DNA of 64,000 bases, taken from positions 64,001-128,000 of IMG/VR virus record IMGVR_UViG_3300007513_000007. One strand, given 5' to 3'. Position numbers and translations under genes: made by a program. The DNA comes from a virus. The notes beneath the pieces were generated by a model, which searched no databases, had not been told where the DNA came from, and worked only from the letters and a program-made list of their open reading frames with translations. Below are positions 26,141 through 34,925 of the stretch, in pieces (position 1 is the stretch's first letter; each line of letters starts with the position of its first letter).

Positions 26141-26871
26141 GCCAGATCGTCTACGGTGAAAGAGTCTGATTGCCCACCGGATACGGTCATGCTCATCTTC
26201 AAGGTCAGCCTGTCGTTGACAGCGAACGTCAGAGGGGTCTGGAACTCCACAGACCCTCCGATGTCCCCGCTTGACACGTTGTTGAGGGTGATTCGATAGT
26301 TAGCGCCTTGGTCCACCCCGTTCTTCCACAGAGAAAGGATGAAGCTGTTCTGGCCGCCACTCTCGGTGGAATCAAACTGGGTGCTCATGTGGGTGACCAG
26401 TCCTGCGACAGGCATCCTCCACCCCTGTGCATTCGTTGATCCGTTGACTGTGGAGAGTTCAAAGTCCGTCTGCGGGGCATCCTTCGCGTTGTTCTTACCG
26501 AACCCAAGGAAAGATGGAAGGTTCCCCTCCAAGGCAAGGTGTCCGCTCATGGCCGGGATGGTGACAGTCTCATTCTGGGATGGGTCTTCCCACTCAAGCC
26601 GTGTGCCAAAATCTCCAGTGCCGTGGAGGTTGATCCGGGTCCCAAGGCATATCTCGCGCCAGGATTTATCCCCGTTCCCCAGGTCCACCGTGTTGTCTAC
26701 ATCCGGGATCAAGCTGGAGGTGAACTCTGCGTTGATTTCAATGGCGTCCGTATCCGCATCCCCGATGATCATTGAACCATCGGTCACCATTTCATCAGTG
26801 GTGCTTGCAAGGGATTGAAGCCCTTGTCGAAGCCCCATGAGCTTTACCGTCGCCATAGCCTCTCCTGCCAA
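26116..26871 (-). CDS. Putative virion structural/fibre-like protein
   Basis: SSLIPDVDNTVDLGNGDKSWREI fibre-type motif; beta-rich C-terminus. Confidence 0.65.
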   Translation of the reverse strand: MAGEAMATVKLMGLRQGLQSLASTTDEMVTDGSMIIGDADTDAIEINAEFTSSLIPDVDNTVDLGNGDKSWREICLGTRINLHGTGDFGTRLEWEDPSQNETVTIPAMSGHLALEGNLPSFLGFGKNNAKDAPQTDFELSTVNGSTNAQGWRMPVAGLVTHMSTQFDSTESGGQNSFILSLWKNGVDQGANYRITLNNVSSGDIGGSVEFQTPLTFAVNDRLTLKMSMTVSGGQSDSFTVDDLACLLRILN

Positions 26872-26881
26872 GGCGCGAGAG

Positions 26882-26897
26882 ATAGAGGCAATACCGT
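26882..26897 (-). promoter_or_regulatory. Class B (late-like) motif
   Basis: ACGGT-ATTGCCT-CTAT. Confidence 0.6.
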
Positions 26898-26898
26898 A

Positions 26899-27399
26899 TT
26901 AGTTGGACCCGACGTGCCCCGAGAGGTTGTGGAAGGTGCCTCCGAACTCCCCGTCAACTGACTGGCGCTCCCCGACTGACCCATCAGCGTGGATTTCGTG
27001 CAAGAGGATCTGATTCAAGTCGGGGCCATCCACAGACAACAGGATGTTCTCTGTCTTGTCGGGGTAGTCTTCGAGCGAGTACCCGGCAGTAACCCAAGCC
27101 CCTGCCGCCACGGCCTCTTCCCTGGTCGGAATAGACATCCACGCTTCACAGAGGTGAACGACGTATCGTGCGCCCACCTTTTCACTTTCCACACGCAGTC
27201 TGTGGGCTATCCCTTCACGGTCGTCGCCCCAAGAAGGCTGGGGGTTTACCTGATACACAATGGGCGCTTCTCCGTCAGGGAAGGTCACCAGGAAGAATAC
27301 GGGGGGAATCTCATCGCCACCTTCGCGGAAGGCAACTGCCTGATCCAGAATCCCGCCCACCAGCACACCCGTCCACTTCTTCATGTCTTCATTGTTCAT
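26899..27399 (-). CDS. Hypothetical protein
   Basis: Likely start MNNEDMKKW. Confidence 0.7.
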   Translation of the reverse strand: MNNEDMKKWTGVLVGGILDQAVAFREGGDEIPPVFFLVTFPDGEAPIVYQVNPQPSWGDDREGIAHRLRVESEKVGARYVVHLCEAWMSIPTREEAVAAGAWVTAGYSLEDYPDKTENILLSVDGPDLNQILLHEIHADGSVGERQSVDGEFGGTFHNLSGHVGSN

Positions 27400-27430
27400 G
27401 GCTTCTCCGTCATCACCCCTACCCTTTTTG

Positions 27431-27447
27431 ATAGGCAGGGAACCCCC
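27431..27447 (-). promoter_or_regulatory. Overlapping class B and class A -35-like motif
   Basis: GGGGT-TCCCTGC-CTAT embedded in GGGGGTTCC. Confidence 0.45.
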
Positions 27448-27455
27448 GCCTATTA

Positions 27456-28226
27456 TCACAGGCGGGGGCGGGCCACGGGACGACCGGGAACACTCACGAA
27501 AGACCGTTCCCCTTCGGCGTCTACGACCAATGCAGTCAAGGAGCCGCCGAACACGGCACCTGTGTCCACACCAGTAGCGTGGGGGAACTGCGCCGGTCCA
27601 TCCATGAAAGGTTCATGGCCGAACACAACATGGCCGAAACGCCCATCGTGAACCTCGGCCCAGAACGGGTCAGCTTCGGTTTCGTCACCCAACCGCACGA
27701 ACTTGCCAGTCTCGGCATTGACGTGTCGAACCCGTGCAGTCTTTTCCATAGCCCTGCGAGCCTTCCCCGACATGGAAGCAACTTCTTCCACTGATTCAGG
27801 GAAGGTCACCATGTCACCGGGGACGCCTGCATGGACCACCAAGACTCCGTGCTCGGGAACCCGATGGAAGGGAACTGCGCTGTCCAAGAAGGCAACGTCT
27901 TCTTCGGTCAAGTCGTTCGTTATAGAAGCCAACTCGGGCTGCCGTTCAGCTTGGCCAGCAGCGACCTCGGGCCGCACTGTCAAGTTCCGACGGAACCGGC
28001 GATGCTTGTCTTCGTGGTTGCCCTCTACCACAACAACCTTGTGGGTCTGGGACAACTCACGCACGAACCTAACCACGCCAACGCTGTCCGGTCCCTTGTC
28101 TACCAAATCACCAACGAAGATGATCTGGTCTTCAGGGCCAGGGTTCACGCGCTCGATCAACTCGACCAGTTCCGGCAACATGCCGTGAACGTCGCCTACA
28201 AAGATATGTCGTGGTTGGTGGTGCAT
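27456..28226 (-). CDS. PPP-family metallophosphoesterase (Ser/Thr phosphatase / ApaH-like)
   Basis: GDVHG, GDLVDKGPDS, GNHE, VHAG, VFGHEP, VDTGAVFGGSLTAL. Confidence 0.92.
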   Translation of the reverse strand: MHHQPRHIFVGDVHGMLPELVELIERVNPGPEDQIIFVGDLVDKGPDSVGVVRFVRELSQTHKVVVVEGNHEDKHRRFRRNLTVRPEVAAGQAERQPELASITNDLTEEDVAFLDSAVPFHRVPEHGVLVVHAGVPGDMVTFPESVEEVASMSGKARRAMEKTARVRHVNAETGKFVRLGDETEADPFWAEVHDGRFGHVVFGHEPFMDGPAQFPHATGVDTGAVFGGSLTALVVDAEGERSFVSVPGRPVARPRL

Positions 28227-28242
28227 AGCCTCTCCGTGCCCT

Positions 28243-28274
28243 CTTTACGGAGCACGGGAGGCTATGGAACCCCC
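28243..28274 (-). promoter_or_regulatory. Class A promoter-like motif inside inverted repeat
   Basis: GGGGGTTCC-N16-CG-TAAAG. Confidence 0.7.
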
Positions 28275-28523
28275 CTACCCGATCTTTGCGTTCATCTTGA
28301 ACATGCGGGTCGCTCCCGGAGGAGGCGCACAACACATGTTGGGCTTGACGTTGCCGCCGTTCTGGAAGGCACCCGCACCAGCCGAGTAGGCCGAAGAGGT
28401 GGTCCCGTCCCGCATCCCAGGGCTACGTCCGACGTTACCGCCGATGCGCTTGCCGAAAGCAGGTCGAATACGAAGATTGGGGGGAGAAGGCTGGTAGGCA
28501 CCAGCAGTAGATCGAACAGCCAT
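28275..28523 (-). CDS. Small Gly/Ala-rich hypothetical protein
   Basis: AAGGAG RBS before ATG. Confidence 0.55.
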   Translation of the reverse strand: MAVRSTAGAYQPSPPNLRIRPAFGKRIGGNVGRSPGMRDGTTSSAYSAGAGAFQNGGNVKPNMCCAPPPGATRMFKMNAKIG

Positions 28524-28584
28524 GACGAGACTCCTTGTCGGGGGAAAGCGGTACTATTTACAAAGCCGTATAGGGAAGGCATTG

Positions 28585-28616
28585 GAGGGTTCCCTACCTT
28601 CTCGAATCCCGTAGAG
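28585..28616 (+). promoter_or_regulatory. Class A promoter-like motif
   Basis: GAGGGTTCC-N16-CG-TAGAG. Confidence 0.65.
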
Positions 28617-28621
28617 ACTAT

Positions 28622-29251
28622 ATGATGCGAAAACCGTTGTCCGAAAAGCCCTTGTGTTTCCTGGATACTGAAACCACGGGCCTTGATTCCAGCATTCACG
28701 AGGTGATCGAGATCGCCATTGTGAAGGAGTACCCGGACGGGCGTAGAGAGCACTACCAAACCTTGATCCGTCCCGAGAACATCGAGGTCGCGGCTCCCAA
28801 GGCCCTTGAGCTAAACGGCTACGCCGCCAACCCCTCTCGGTGGGAGCATATGGAGACGATGGCGACCGTGGGGCCGCTCATCCTCAACGTGTTGGAGGGG
28901 AGCATCGTAGTGGGGCACAACATCAGCTTCGACCTCGACATGCTCGAAGCCAATATGAAACGTGCGGGCCTCAAGCCTCGCCTGCCCTACCACAAGATCG
29001 ATACAGTGACGCTTGCCTATGAGCATCTGGTCCCGTGTGGCCTGGAATCACTCTCAATGGACAAGATCAGGAAGTTCCTGGACTGGTCTATGGAAGGTGC
29101 CCACACTGCCATGAAGGATGCCAAAGACGCACGCCGCCTGTACCGGCTTTGCAGCCGGTCGGGCAAAGGCGCACGCTTTCTTATCCGATGGGGTCACCGT
29201 ACCCGAACCTACCGCGCTACCAAGAAAGCTATGCGGAGAGTGCGTCGATAA
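28622..29251 (+). CDS. DEDDh 3'-5' exonuclease (DnaQ-like)
   Basis: FLDTETTGLD, VGHNISFDL, IDT, AHTAMKDA. Confidence 0.92.
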   Translation: MMRKPLSEKPLCFLDTETTGLDSSIHEVIEIAIVKEYPDGRREHYQTLIRPENIEVAAPKALELNGYAANPSRWEHMETMATVGPLILNVLEGSIVVGHNISFDLDMLEANMKRAGLKPRLPYHKIDTVTLAYEHLVPCGLESLSMDKIRKFLDWSMEGAHTAMKDAKDARRLYRLCSRSGKGARFLIRWGHRTRTYRATKKAMRRVRR

Positions 29252-29513
29252 GGTCGGCCTTCTTCATACTGGAGTACCCGGAAAGCCCTCGCTCCTTGGC
29301 GATGCTCTTGAGTTCAGCCACCTTCATGGACTTGAAGTCAATAGAGACTGGAGGGTTCACCACGTCCACTGGCTCCGGGACAACCGGGGCCTTGTCAGGT
29401 CCAGGGACGGGCAGCCCCATCTTCCGAAAGGCAGTGCCCACAGAGTCGGGCCTGTGGGTGCGGTGGCCCGCTTCATACATCTTCACGATCTTGTCGGCAG
29501 TTCTTCTATTCAT
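29229..29513 (-). CDS. Rho_N-like domain protein
   Basis: MKVAELKSIAKERGLSGYSSMKKADLIDAL. Confidence 0.85.
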   Translation of the reverse strand: MNRRTADKIVKMYEAGHRTHRPDSVGTAFRKMGLPVPGPDKAPVVPEPVDVVNPPVSIDFKSMKVAELKSIAKERGLSGYSSMKKADLIDALSA

Positions 29514-29800
29514 GGTAGGTCATCCTCTTCTTTGATCAGTTCTTCCAGCCCAAAACGGCGGGCTATGTCATTGGCAAGAGCACGGGTGTGCTTGACGAGT
29601 AACACTACCTCGTAGTGGGTGCGTGGGTTGTCCAACTCTCCCCCATCGCCTCCTCTGCGAAGGTCCTCCAGGTCCCGAACCACCGCATTGAAGCCGAATA
29701 CCCGGTTCCCCCACACGGCCTCCAAGAAGGCAATAGGCGGGGATTCAAGGTCCATCTTGAGCCTATGTTTGTCGAGATCGACAACTTTTTCATCAGACAT
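29510..29800 (-). CDS. Hypothetical protein
   Basis: Translationally coupled on both sides. Confidence 0.65.
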   Translation of the reverse strand: MSDEKVVDLDKHRLKMDLESPPIAFLEAVWGNRVFGFNAVVRDLEDLRRGGDGGELDNPRTHYEVVLLVKHTRALANDIARRFGLEELIKEEDDLP

Positions 29801-31083
29801 CAGTCACCTACGACGTAGATGCGTGACTTTACCTGCCGCTCTTCCCCTTTGTTCCGTTTGTAGGGCCTAATCCACTTCCTCTTCCTTTCAAACTCCTGTT
29901 GAAGATCGTTGTAGGCGAGGGTGGCTTCGCTTGCTTCTTGCTGTGCTGCACGCGCATCTTGGAGGACTGCGGGAATGTCCTTGGACCCGGCCTCAAGCGC
30001 AGATGCCTTCTCCATGAGGGAGAAAGCCTTCTCCGTGCTTTTGTCGGCAGTGCTCCGGGCTACGGCCATCTTTGCTTGGATGGTGCGCCTCTTGGGCCTC
30101 CAGTGGCCCCGTACCCAATGCTCTGCGGCTTTCCTGCGTCCGGTCGAGGGCTGGGGCTTGCTGTCCCCGTCGGAGGCTTGTCCCATCGCAGCACCGACCC
30201 ACACAATCCGATCTTCGGGGAGATCCTCCAACTTCTTACGCAGCTTCCTGCCACGACTCTTGTTGGGGTTCTTCATACGCTTCAACGCTGCACGCGCTTC
30301 CTTGCGTTCCTCCCGCTTTTTCTTCGCGTCCGGGTCTTCGGAAACATCCGGCTCATCCGTGTCGAGGTACACCAACGTGTTGATGGCGATACGAAGGATG
30401 GACACCATGCTGTTCACCAGCTTCGTGCGGTTGGCTCCCTTGGGCATTTCTGTGCCGAGTTCCAGGCGAAGTCCAAGGGGGAGAAGGTCGTTAGAGGTCT
30501 CGTCCCTCTTTTCATCTTCCAGCATCATGAACAGGTATTGCTCCAGATCCATCTGCATCTGACGCATTTCGTTCAGGTCAATCGTCATCCAGAAAGAGGC
30601 ATCATCGCCGGGGCTGTCCGACCTCTCGTTCTCTACCCCCCACAGGTAGACCGTGATGAGGTCACGTTCTTCGTCATACAACCCTACTTCTGGTGTAGGT
30701 CGAACCAGGAACACTCCAGCGCACTGATGCCACTGGGTACGGGGGCCTCCCCACAGTTCGTGGTCACACCCTGGCAGTGCAATAAACACACAGGGGAAGG
30801 GGAGCTTGAGGTCGTCAGCCGTCACCTCTTCCAAAGAGGTCTTCTCCAACGCCTTACGCATGGCACCGGGAACTACAAAGGTGTTGGAACCCGTCCACTT
30901 GTAGTAGGCCAAGGAAAGTGTCAGCACCCAAAGCGCCCGGTGAAACCCAACACCTGGGATATGGAACAGTCCTTTGGCCTGCTCTGCGGCCTCATCCCGG
31001 ACTTCTGGAGGCAGCGACACCAAAGCATCCAGAATGTTCTGGTGAATCGGATCTCGCGGCATTTCTTGCGGCAGCAATCTCAT
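29800..31083 (-). CDS. Hypothetical phage protein with HWVRGHWR...KWIRPY motif
   Basis: Start MRLLPQEMP after class A motif. Confidence 0.7.
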   Translation of the reverse strand: MRLLPQEMPRDPIHQNILDALVSLPPEVRDEAAEQAKGLFHIPGVGFHRALWVLTLSLAYYKWTGSNTFVVPGAMRKALEKTSLEEVTADDLKLPFPCVFIALPGCDHELWGGPRTQWHQCAGVFLVRPTPEVGLYDEERDLITVYLWGVENERSDSPGDDASFWMTIDLNEMRQMQMDLEQYLFMMLEDEKRDETSNDLLPLGLRLELGTEMPKGANRTKLVNSMVSILRIAINTLVYLDTDEPDVSEDPDAKKKREERKEARAALKRMKNPNKSRGRKLRKKLEDLPEDRIVWVGAAMGQASDGDSKPQPSTGRRKAAEHWVRGHWRPKRRTIQAKMAVARSTADKSTEKAFSLMEKASALEAGSKDIPAVLQDARAAQQEASEATLAYNDLQQEFERKRKWIRPYKRNKGEERQVKSRIYVVGD

Positions 31084-31089
31084 ATGGCT

Positions 31090-31121
31090 CTCTACGTTGC
31101 CAAGGGTGTCTCGGAACCCCC
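31090..31121 (-). promoter_or_regulatory. Class A promoter-like motif
   Basis: GGGGGTTCC-N16-CG-TAGAG. Confidence 0.7.
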
Positions 31122-31136
31122 CGGTGAGGTTTCTAT
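31121..31136 (+). promoter_or_regulatory. Class B (late-like) motif
   Basis: CCGGT-GAGGTTT-CTAT. Confidence 0.6.
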
Positions 31137-31151
31137 GGGCACCGGAAGACG

Positions 31152-31436
31152 ATGGAAACCTTACGCAAAGCACGTTCCTTGGGACGATTCTTCCTCATCT
31201 GGTACAGCGAACAGTTCGCCGTTCCTTTTTGGATCGTGGGTCACGTCCATCTCCATTTTGAGGACTATCACGCGCTACTGGAAACAGGAGCGTCAGTGGT
31301 GATGAACCTAATGGTGGCTGTCGGCTTCTTTATCGCTTGGAAGGATTATGACCGGGAGCGAGAAGTCTTCACGGAAGAAGCAAAGGAGATCGAGAAGGCT
31401 CCTCGACGCAAGGACTTGGAATCAACTGGCCTTTGA
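31152..31436 (+). CDS. Small two-TM membrane protein, holin candidate
   Basis: Two hydrophobic segments, charged C-tail; class B motif upstream. Confidence 0.55.
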   Translation: METLRKARSLGRFFLIWYSEQFAVPFWIVGHVHLHFEDYHALLETGASVVMNLMVAVGFFIAWKDYDREREVFTEEAKEIEKAPRRKDLESTGL

Positions 31437-31859
31437 GATTCTATCTTTCACAGGGCACGCTTCCCAATCACTTGCGGCCTTCTCGCTTTCGAGGAAGGCA
31501 GTCCGTGACTCCGAAGGCCAGTTCACATAGCCGCAAGGTTCCCCTTCTTCGATGAGAGGGTCGAACCAAGCGCAGTTGGGACAAGCCCCTGAAGGCCAGC
31601 ACTTACCCCCCCGCTGTACTCCCAACAGCGCCATCCTCTCGGCTTTCTGCTCGTCCGTCTGCTTGTGTAGAAGCCTTACTGTGGCTTTGCAGTTTCTCCG
31701 GTCTGCGATGTCCTCAATCACTGCGGCTTGCTGGGCGGTCAACACAAGATGGAACACTGACAAAGCACCGTCATGGTCTACTCGGGGATTCCCCGGAACC
31801 CCCAAACCAAAGGGGTCACCCCCTTGAAGCTGCACTGTCCAAATCTCATGGGCCATCAT
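31422..31859 (-). CDS. Hypothetical Cys-rich protein
   Basis: CWPSGACPNCAWF...CG...C. Confidence 0.65.
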   Translation of the reverse strand: MMAHEIWTVQLQGGDPFGLGVPGNPRVDHDGALSVFHLVLTAQQAAVIEDIADRRNCKATVRLLHKQTDEQKAERMALLGVQRGGKCWPSGACPNCAWFDPLIEEGEPCGYVNWPSESRTAFLESEKAASDWEACPVKDRISKAS

Positions 31860-32168
31860 CTAAACTGCCTTGGCGGCATCCTTCCACTGGGTGAGCTTCT
31901 CCCACTGGGGAGCATGGTCCCGATCTCCCCACCCGCACAAGGCAAGGGAGAAACCCTTACTGGTAGGGGTGGAGTTGACCGAGGTGACCGTCACCTTCTT
32001 CCCGTCAGGCGTGATCCAGGTGTTCCCTCCGCAAGCTGACCCTTGCGGGACCGATACGCTCGCATACTTGAGGGCCTCCCCGAGTCGCGTCTCCGGGACC
32101 ACGACCACCAGATGATCAACGTGTCCAGATTCGCGCAAGGTTCTTCCCATACAATGGCCGATGCTCAT
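31860..32168 (-). CDS. Hypothetical protein
   Basis: Likely start MSIGHC overlapping upstream stop. Confidence 0.6.
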   Translation of the reverse strand: MSIGHCMGRTLRESGHVDHLVVVVPETRLGEALKYASVSVPQGSACGGNTWITPDGKKVTVTSVNSTPTSKGFSLALCGWGDRDHAPQWEKLTQWKDAAKAV

Positions 32169-33232
32169 GCTTCCTCCTCGGGGAGCAGAAGTGCGCCCCA
32201 TCCGTACTGGCGGTCAGCGATGGCGTTGATAGCCCTGACTTCCAGAATGTAAGCCTTGTTCTTGTCGAGACGCAGGAGTTCCCCGTTCTCGCCACCAATC
32301 AAGTCCAGGGTGAGTGTTTCCGCTGCGGCGGTTGCGGGCGAAAAGGAATCACTCACCTCGTCACACCCGTACACCTCAACCGTCCATACGGCCTTGAGTG
32401 CTTTCTCCGCATCCTTTACATCGCCCTTGCCCACCTTGTAGCCCGCTTTCTTGAACTGTTGTGTCATCAGTTCCTCGACCACGGGCCGCAAAGACCTGCG
32501 CCCTTGGGTGGTAGCGATGGCGAGATACGCAGCCTTCTGGCGTTCTTCTTGGGTCAAGGCTGCAAGTGCGACAGGTGAAGGCTTTGCCACCTCTCTCAAG
32601 GTTGGAAGGGTTCCAGCCTCATACCCCTTCACACCAAGAGGAGGGGCTGGGAGGGCGTCCTTCGCGGTCTGGACAAGGGCCTGAACCTCTGGGTCGTCCT
32701 CCCCCCTGGACTCCAGCAAAGCCTTCACCGTTGTCTGCTGCCGGTCATAAAGCTGCTGGTACTCTTTCCGGGCGCTGCGAAGCTCTTGGGCAACCTCGTC
32801 GGATGCTTGTTGGAGCATGACACCCAAGGCGATGGGATCAGGCGAGATTGTGTGTACCGGGACTGCTGGGGTGCCTCCTTCGGGGAGAGGGCCTACACGG
32901 TACTCTGGGGCATCCCCGTCGATGCTGCACCGCTCCTTGATAGCGGCTTCCATGAGGGGGTTCACAATGGTACTGCCATTGTCATGCTCAAGGGTGGTAG
33001 GGGCAGCAGGACCTCCAACTTGGACAAGGGACCCCAGGGACTCTGCCTTGTCGGGGTTCTTTGCCAGCAGACCTGCAATCAGCACGGCTGCTTCCATCGG
33101 GGTGTGTTCGCCCCTCTTGGCAGCTTCCATAATCTCCGCTGCTCCGGGCAGCCCCATCACCAACTCGTTGGCTTGGTTCAGCAGCTTCATCGAGTCACTC
33201 ATCCTCTCCTCCCTTCTGATGAGTACCCCCAC
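32165..33232 (-). CDS. Hypothetical protein
   Basis: Long ORF, GGAGG RBS near MSDSMKLL. Confidence 0.7.
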   Translation of the reverse strand: MGVLIRREERMSDSMKLLNQANELVMGLPGAAEIMEAAKRGEHTPMEAAVLIAGLLAKNPDKAESLGSLVQVGGPAAPTTLEHDNGSTIVNPLMEAAIKERCSIDGDAPEYRVGPLPEGGTPAVPVHTISPDPIALGVMLQQASDEVAQELRSARKEYQQLYDRQQTTVKALLESRGEDDPEVQALVQTAKDALPAPPLGVKGYEAGTLPTLREVAKPSPVALAALTQEERQKAAYLAIATTQGRRSLRPVVEELMTQQFKKAGYKVGKGDVKDAEKALKAVWTVEVYGCDEVSDSFSPATAAAETLTLDLIGGENGELLRLDKNKAYILEVRAINAIADRQYGWGALLLPEEEA

Positions 33233-34298
33233 CCATCGTTATTCGACCCCCCGGCTCGATTTTTCGCTCGCGGGGATTCCTCACCACAGGGGTAGGGGCA
33301 GCCCAATCATCAACGGACGACGGTGCTGTAGGGCCTCCCACCATAAGACCCTCGGAAGGGATGGTGGTGTTTCTGGCCCTGCCCATAAATCCTGCGGGGG
33401 CTTCCCGTGTAGGAGGCTTCGGAGCCTTTTCCCGAATGGGGGCAGCCGGTTGTTCTTGAGGGGCGTTGTTCAAGCGTTGTTGAATGTCGATGACATGCTT
33501 GCAAAGTGTTCGCTTGAACACAAAAGCGGGACAAGAACACGACCACGACCCGTCATCAAAGCAACGCACATCATAGATGTCCCCAGAGTCACCTCGAACC
33601 CTCCAAAAACCAGTTTCAAGCTGGGTTTCATCCTGAGTCGGTTCGTTATCGCTATCTGATTCGGGCTGCTCGTGCTGCTCGTGTTCTGATTCAGGCTCAT
33701 GCTGCTCTGGTTCCGGTTCTGGAGGAGGCTGGAGCTTCAGACGCAGACCTTCGGCGGCTCGCAGCACAGTCTTGCGATCCTCTTTCGTACCGCCCATTTC
33801 GAGAGGGGACAGCAAGAAGTCGATTTCTTCAATCGTCGTCGCATCCCGCAGTCTCCGTACCGCCTGCTTCGCATTGAGTTCCTTTAGCGGATGGTTCTTG
33901 GGGGGTTCAGGTTCAGGTTCAGGCTCTGGTTCAGGCTTGATTGGAACCGCCATCCCCACCATTTCGGCGGCGGCCTTGCCGATTTCCTCCTCCGTAGGGA
34001 TGCTCCAATCCCCTTTCTGGGCACTCACTTCAAGGGCAAGCGCACTCTGAACCATGTCTTGAAAGTCAACTTCACGGATCGCATCGAACCTTGAATCGGA
34101 TTCCGATGCAAACCTCGGATTTTCCAGGAGCACGTCCTTCTGGGTCAACATCCGCTTGGTCCAGAGGGTTTGGGACTGGACAGAGTTCACACACCCAGGA
34201 TTGAGGCAGCTACCACAGAACAGCTTCTTGAACGCAGCGGGGGATTCTTTCCGATGATCTCCGCTGTAACACTCGTCCCATAGATCACGGGAGTTCAT
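33195..34298 (-). CDS. SWIM zinc-finger protein with N-terminal Cys cluster
   Basis: WSCSCPAFVFKRTLCKHV; CGSCLNPGC. Confidence 0.8.
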   Translation of the reverse strand: MNSRDLWDECYSGDHRKESPAAFKKLFCGSCLNPGCVNSVQSQTLWTKRMLTQKDVLLENPRFASESDSRFDAIREVDFQDMVQSALALEVSAQKGDWSIPTEEEIGKAAAEMVGMAVPIKPEPEPEPEPEPPKNHPLKELNAKQAVRRLRDATTIEEIDFLLSPLEMGGTKEDRKTVLRAAEGLRLKLQPPPEPEPEQHEPESEHEQHEQPESDSDNEPTQDETQLETGFWRVRGDSGDIYDVRCFDDGSWSCSCPAFVFKRTLCKHVIDIQQRLNNAPQEQPAAPIREKAPKPPTREAPAGFMGRARNTTIPSEGLMVGGPTAPSSVDDWAAPTPVVRNPRERKIEPGGRITMGGGTHQKGGEDE

Positions 34299-34606
34299 CG
34301 GCGCTTCCCGAAACGACCGCGACTCAACATGTTGGTTGGAGGCTGTACGGTATCTACAGCCCTCTCCAGCTTCGGGCCGTGGCCTTCAGGTAGCGCGAAC
34401 TTACAACTGGGGCACTTGTCCTGACTCATCTTCATCAGGCCACAGACGCGCTTCCATGTCTTGACGTGTTCGTAGCGATGTTCAGAAACATGAGGTCGTA
34501 CCGCCTCCGGGTCCGGGCCGTACCCAAACACTTCTTTGGGAGGCCAGATTTTTCCGTTCTGGCAAAACGTGCCGTCCTCCAGCGTTCCCATCTTGTCACG
34601 AGGCAT
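34295..34606 (-). CDS. Small Cys-containing protein
   Basis: Likely start MPRDKMG; CGLM..DKCPSC. Confidence 0.6.
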   Translation of the reverse strand: MPRDKMGTLEDGTFCQNGKIWPPKEVFGYGPDPEAVRPHVSEHRYEHVKTWKRVCGLMKMSQDKCPSCKFALPEGHGPKLERAVDTVQPPTNMLSRGRFGKRR

Positions 34607-34925
34607 CTTTTCCCTCCAAAGCCATCCTGTACTCTCCCCGCTTCTCCCGAAGCGAGCCAAGACGACCCTGCAAGGTAGAGTACAGCGCGTCATCACCGTA
34701 CCCAAGAAGCTCCAACACCCCCTCCAATGTAGCGATCTCGGCATCCGTTCTGGACAGCTTCAGTGCCACCTTGGCTCTGCTTCTGATTTCCAAGGGGATG
34801 ACACCCAACCGCTCGGCTTCGACAGACCATGCCAGAATCTCTGCCATAGCCTCTGAAAGAACGCTCAAATCCGCTTCAAGTTGGCGAACCTGGGATTCCA
34901 GCTTGGCGATGTTGTCAGACATCAC
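34596..34925 (-). CDS. Coiled-coil hypothetical protein
   Basis: Coupled to polymerase stop. Confidence 0.65.
   Translation of the reverse strand: MMSDNIAKLESQVRQLEADLSVLSEAMAEILAWSVEAERLGVIPLEIRSRAKVALKLSRTDAEIATLEGVLELLGYGDDALYSTLQGRLGSLREKRGEYRMALEGKDAS

Noticed and set aside
24504-31801. Extra GGGGGTTCC hits (~24504, ~31793) as class A promoters
   Set aside because: Intragenic and lacking CGTA at the fixed spacing.
32165-33232. Major capsid protein (AIATTQGRRSL resembles some capsid N-termini)
   Set aside because: The motif is internal and no other HK97-fold features are recognisable; left as hypothetical.
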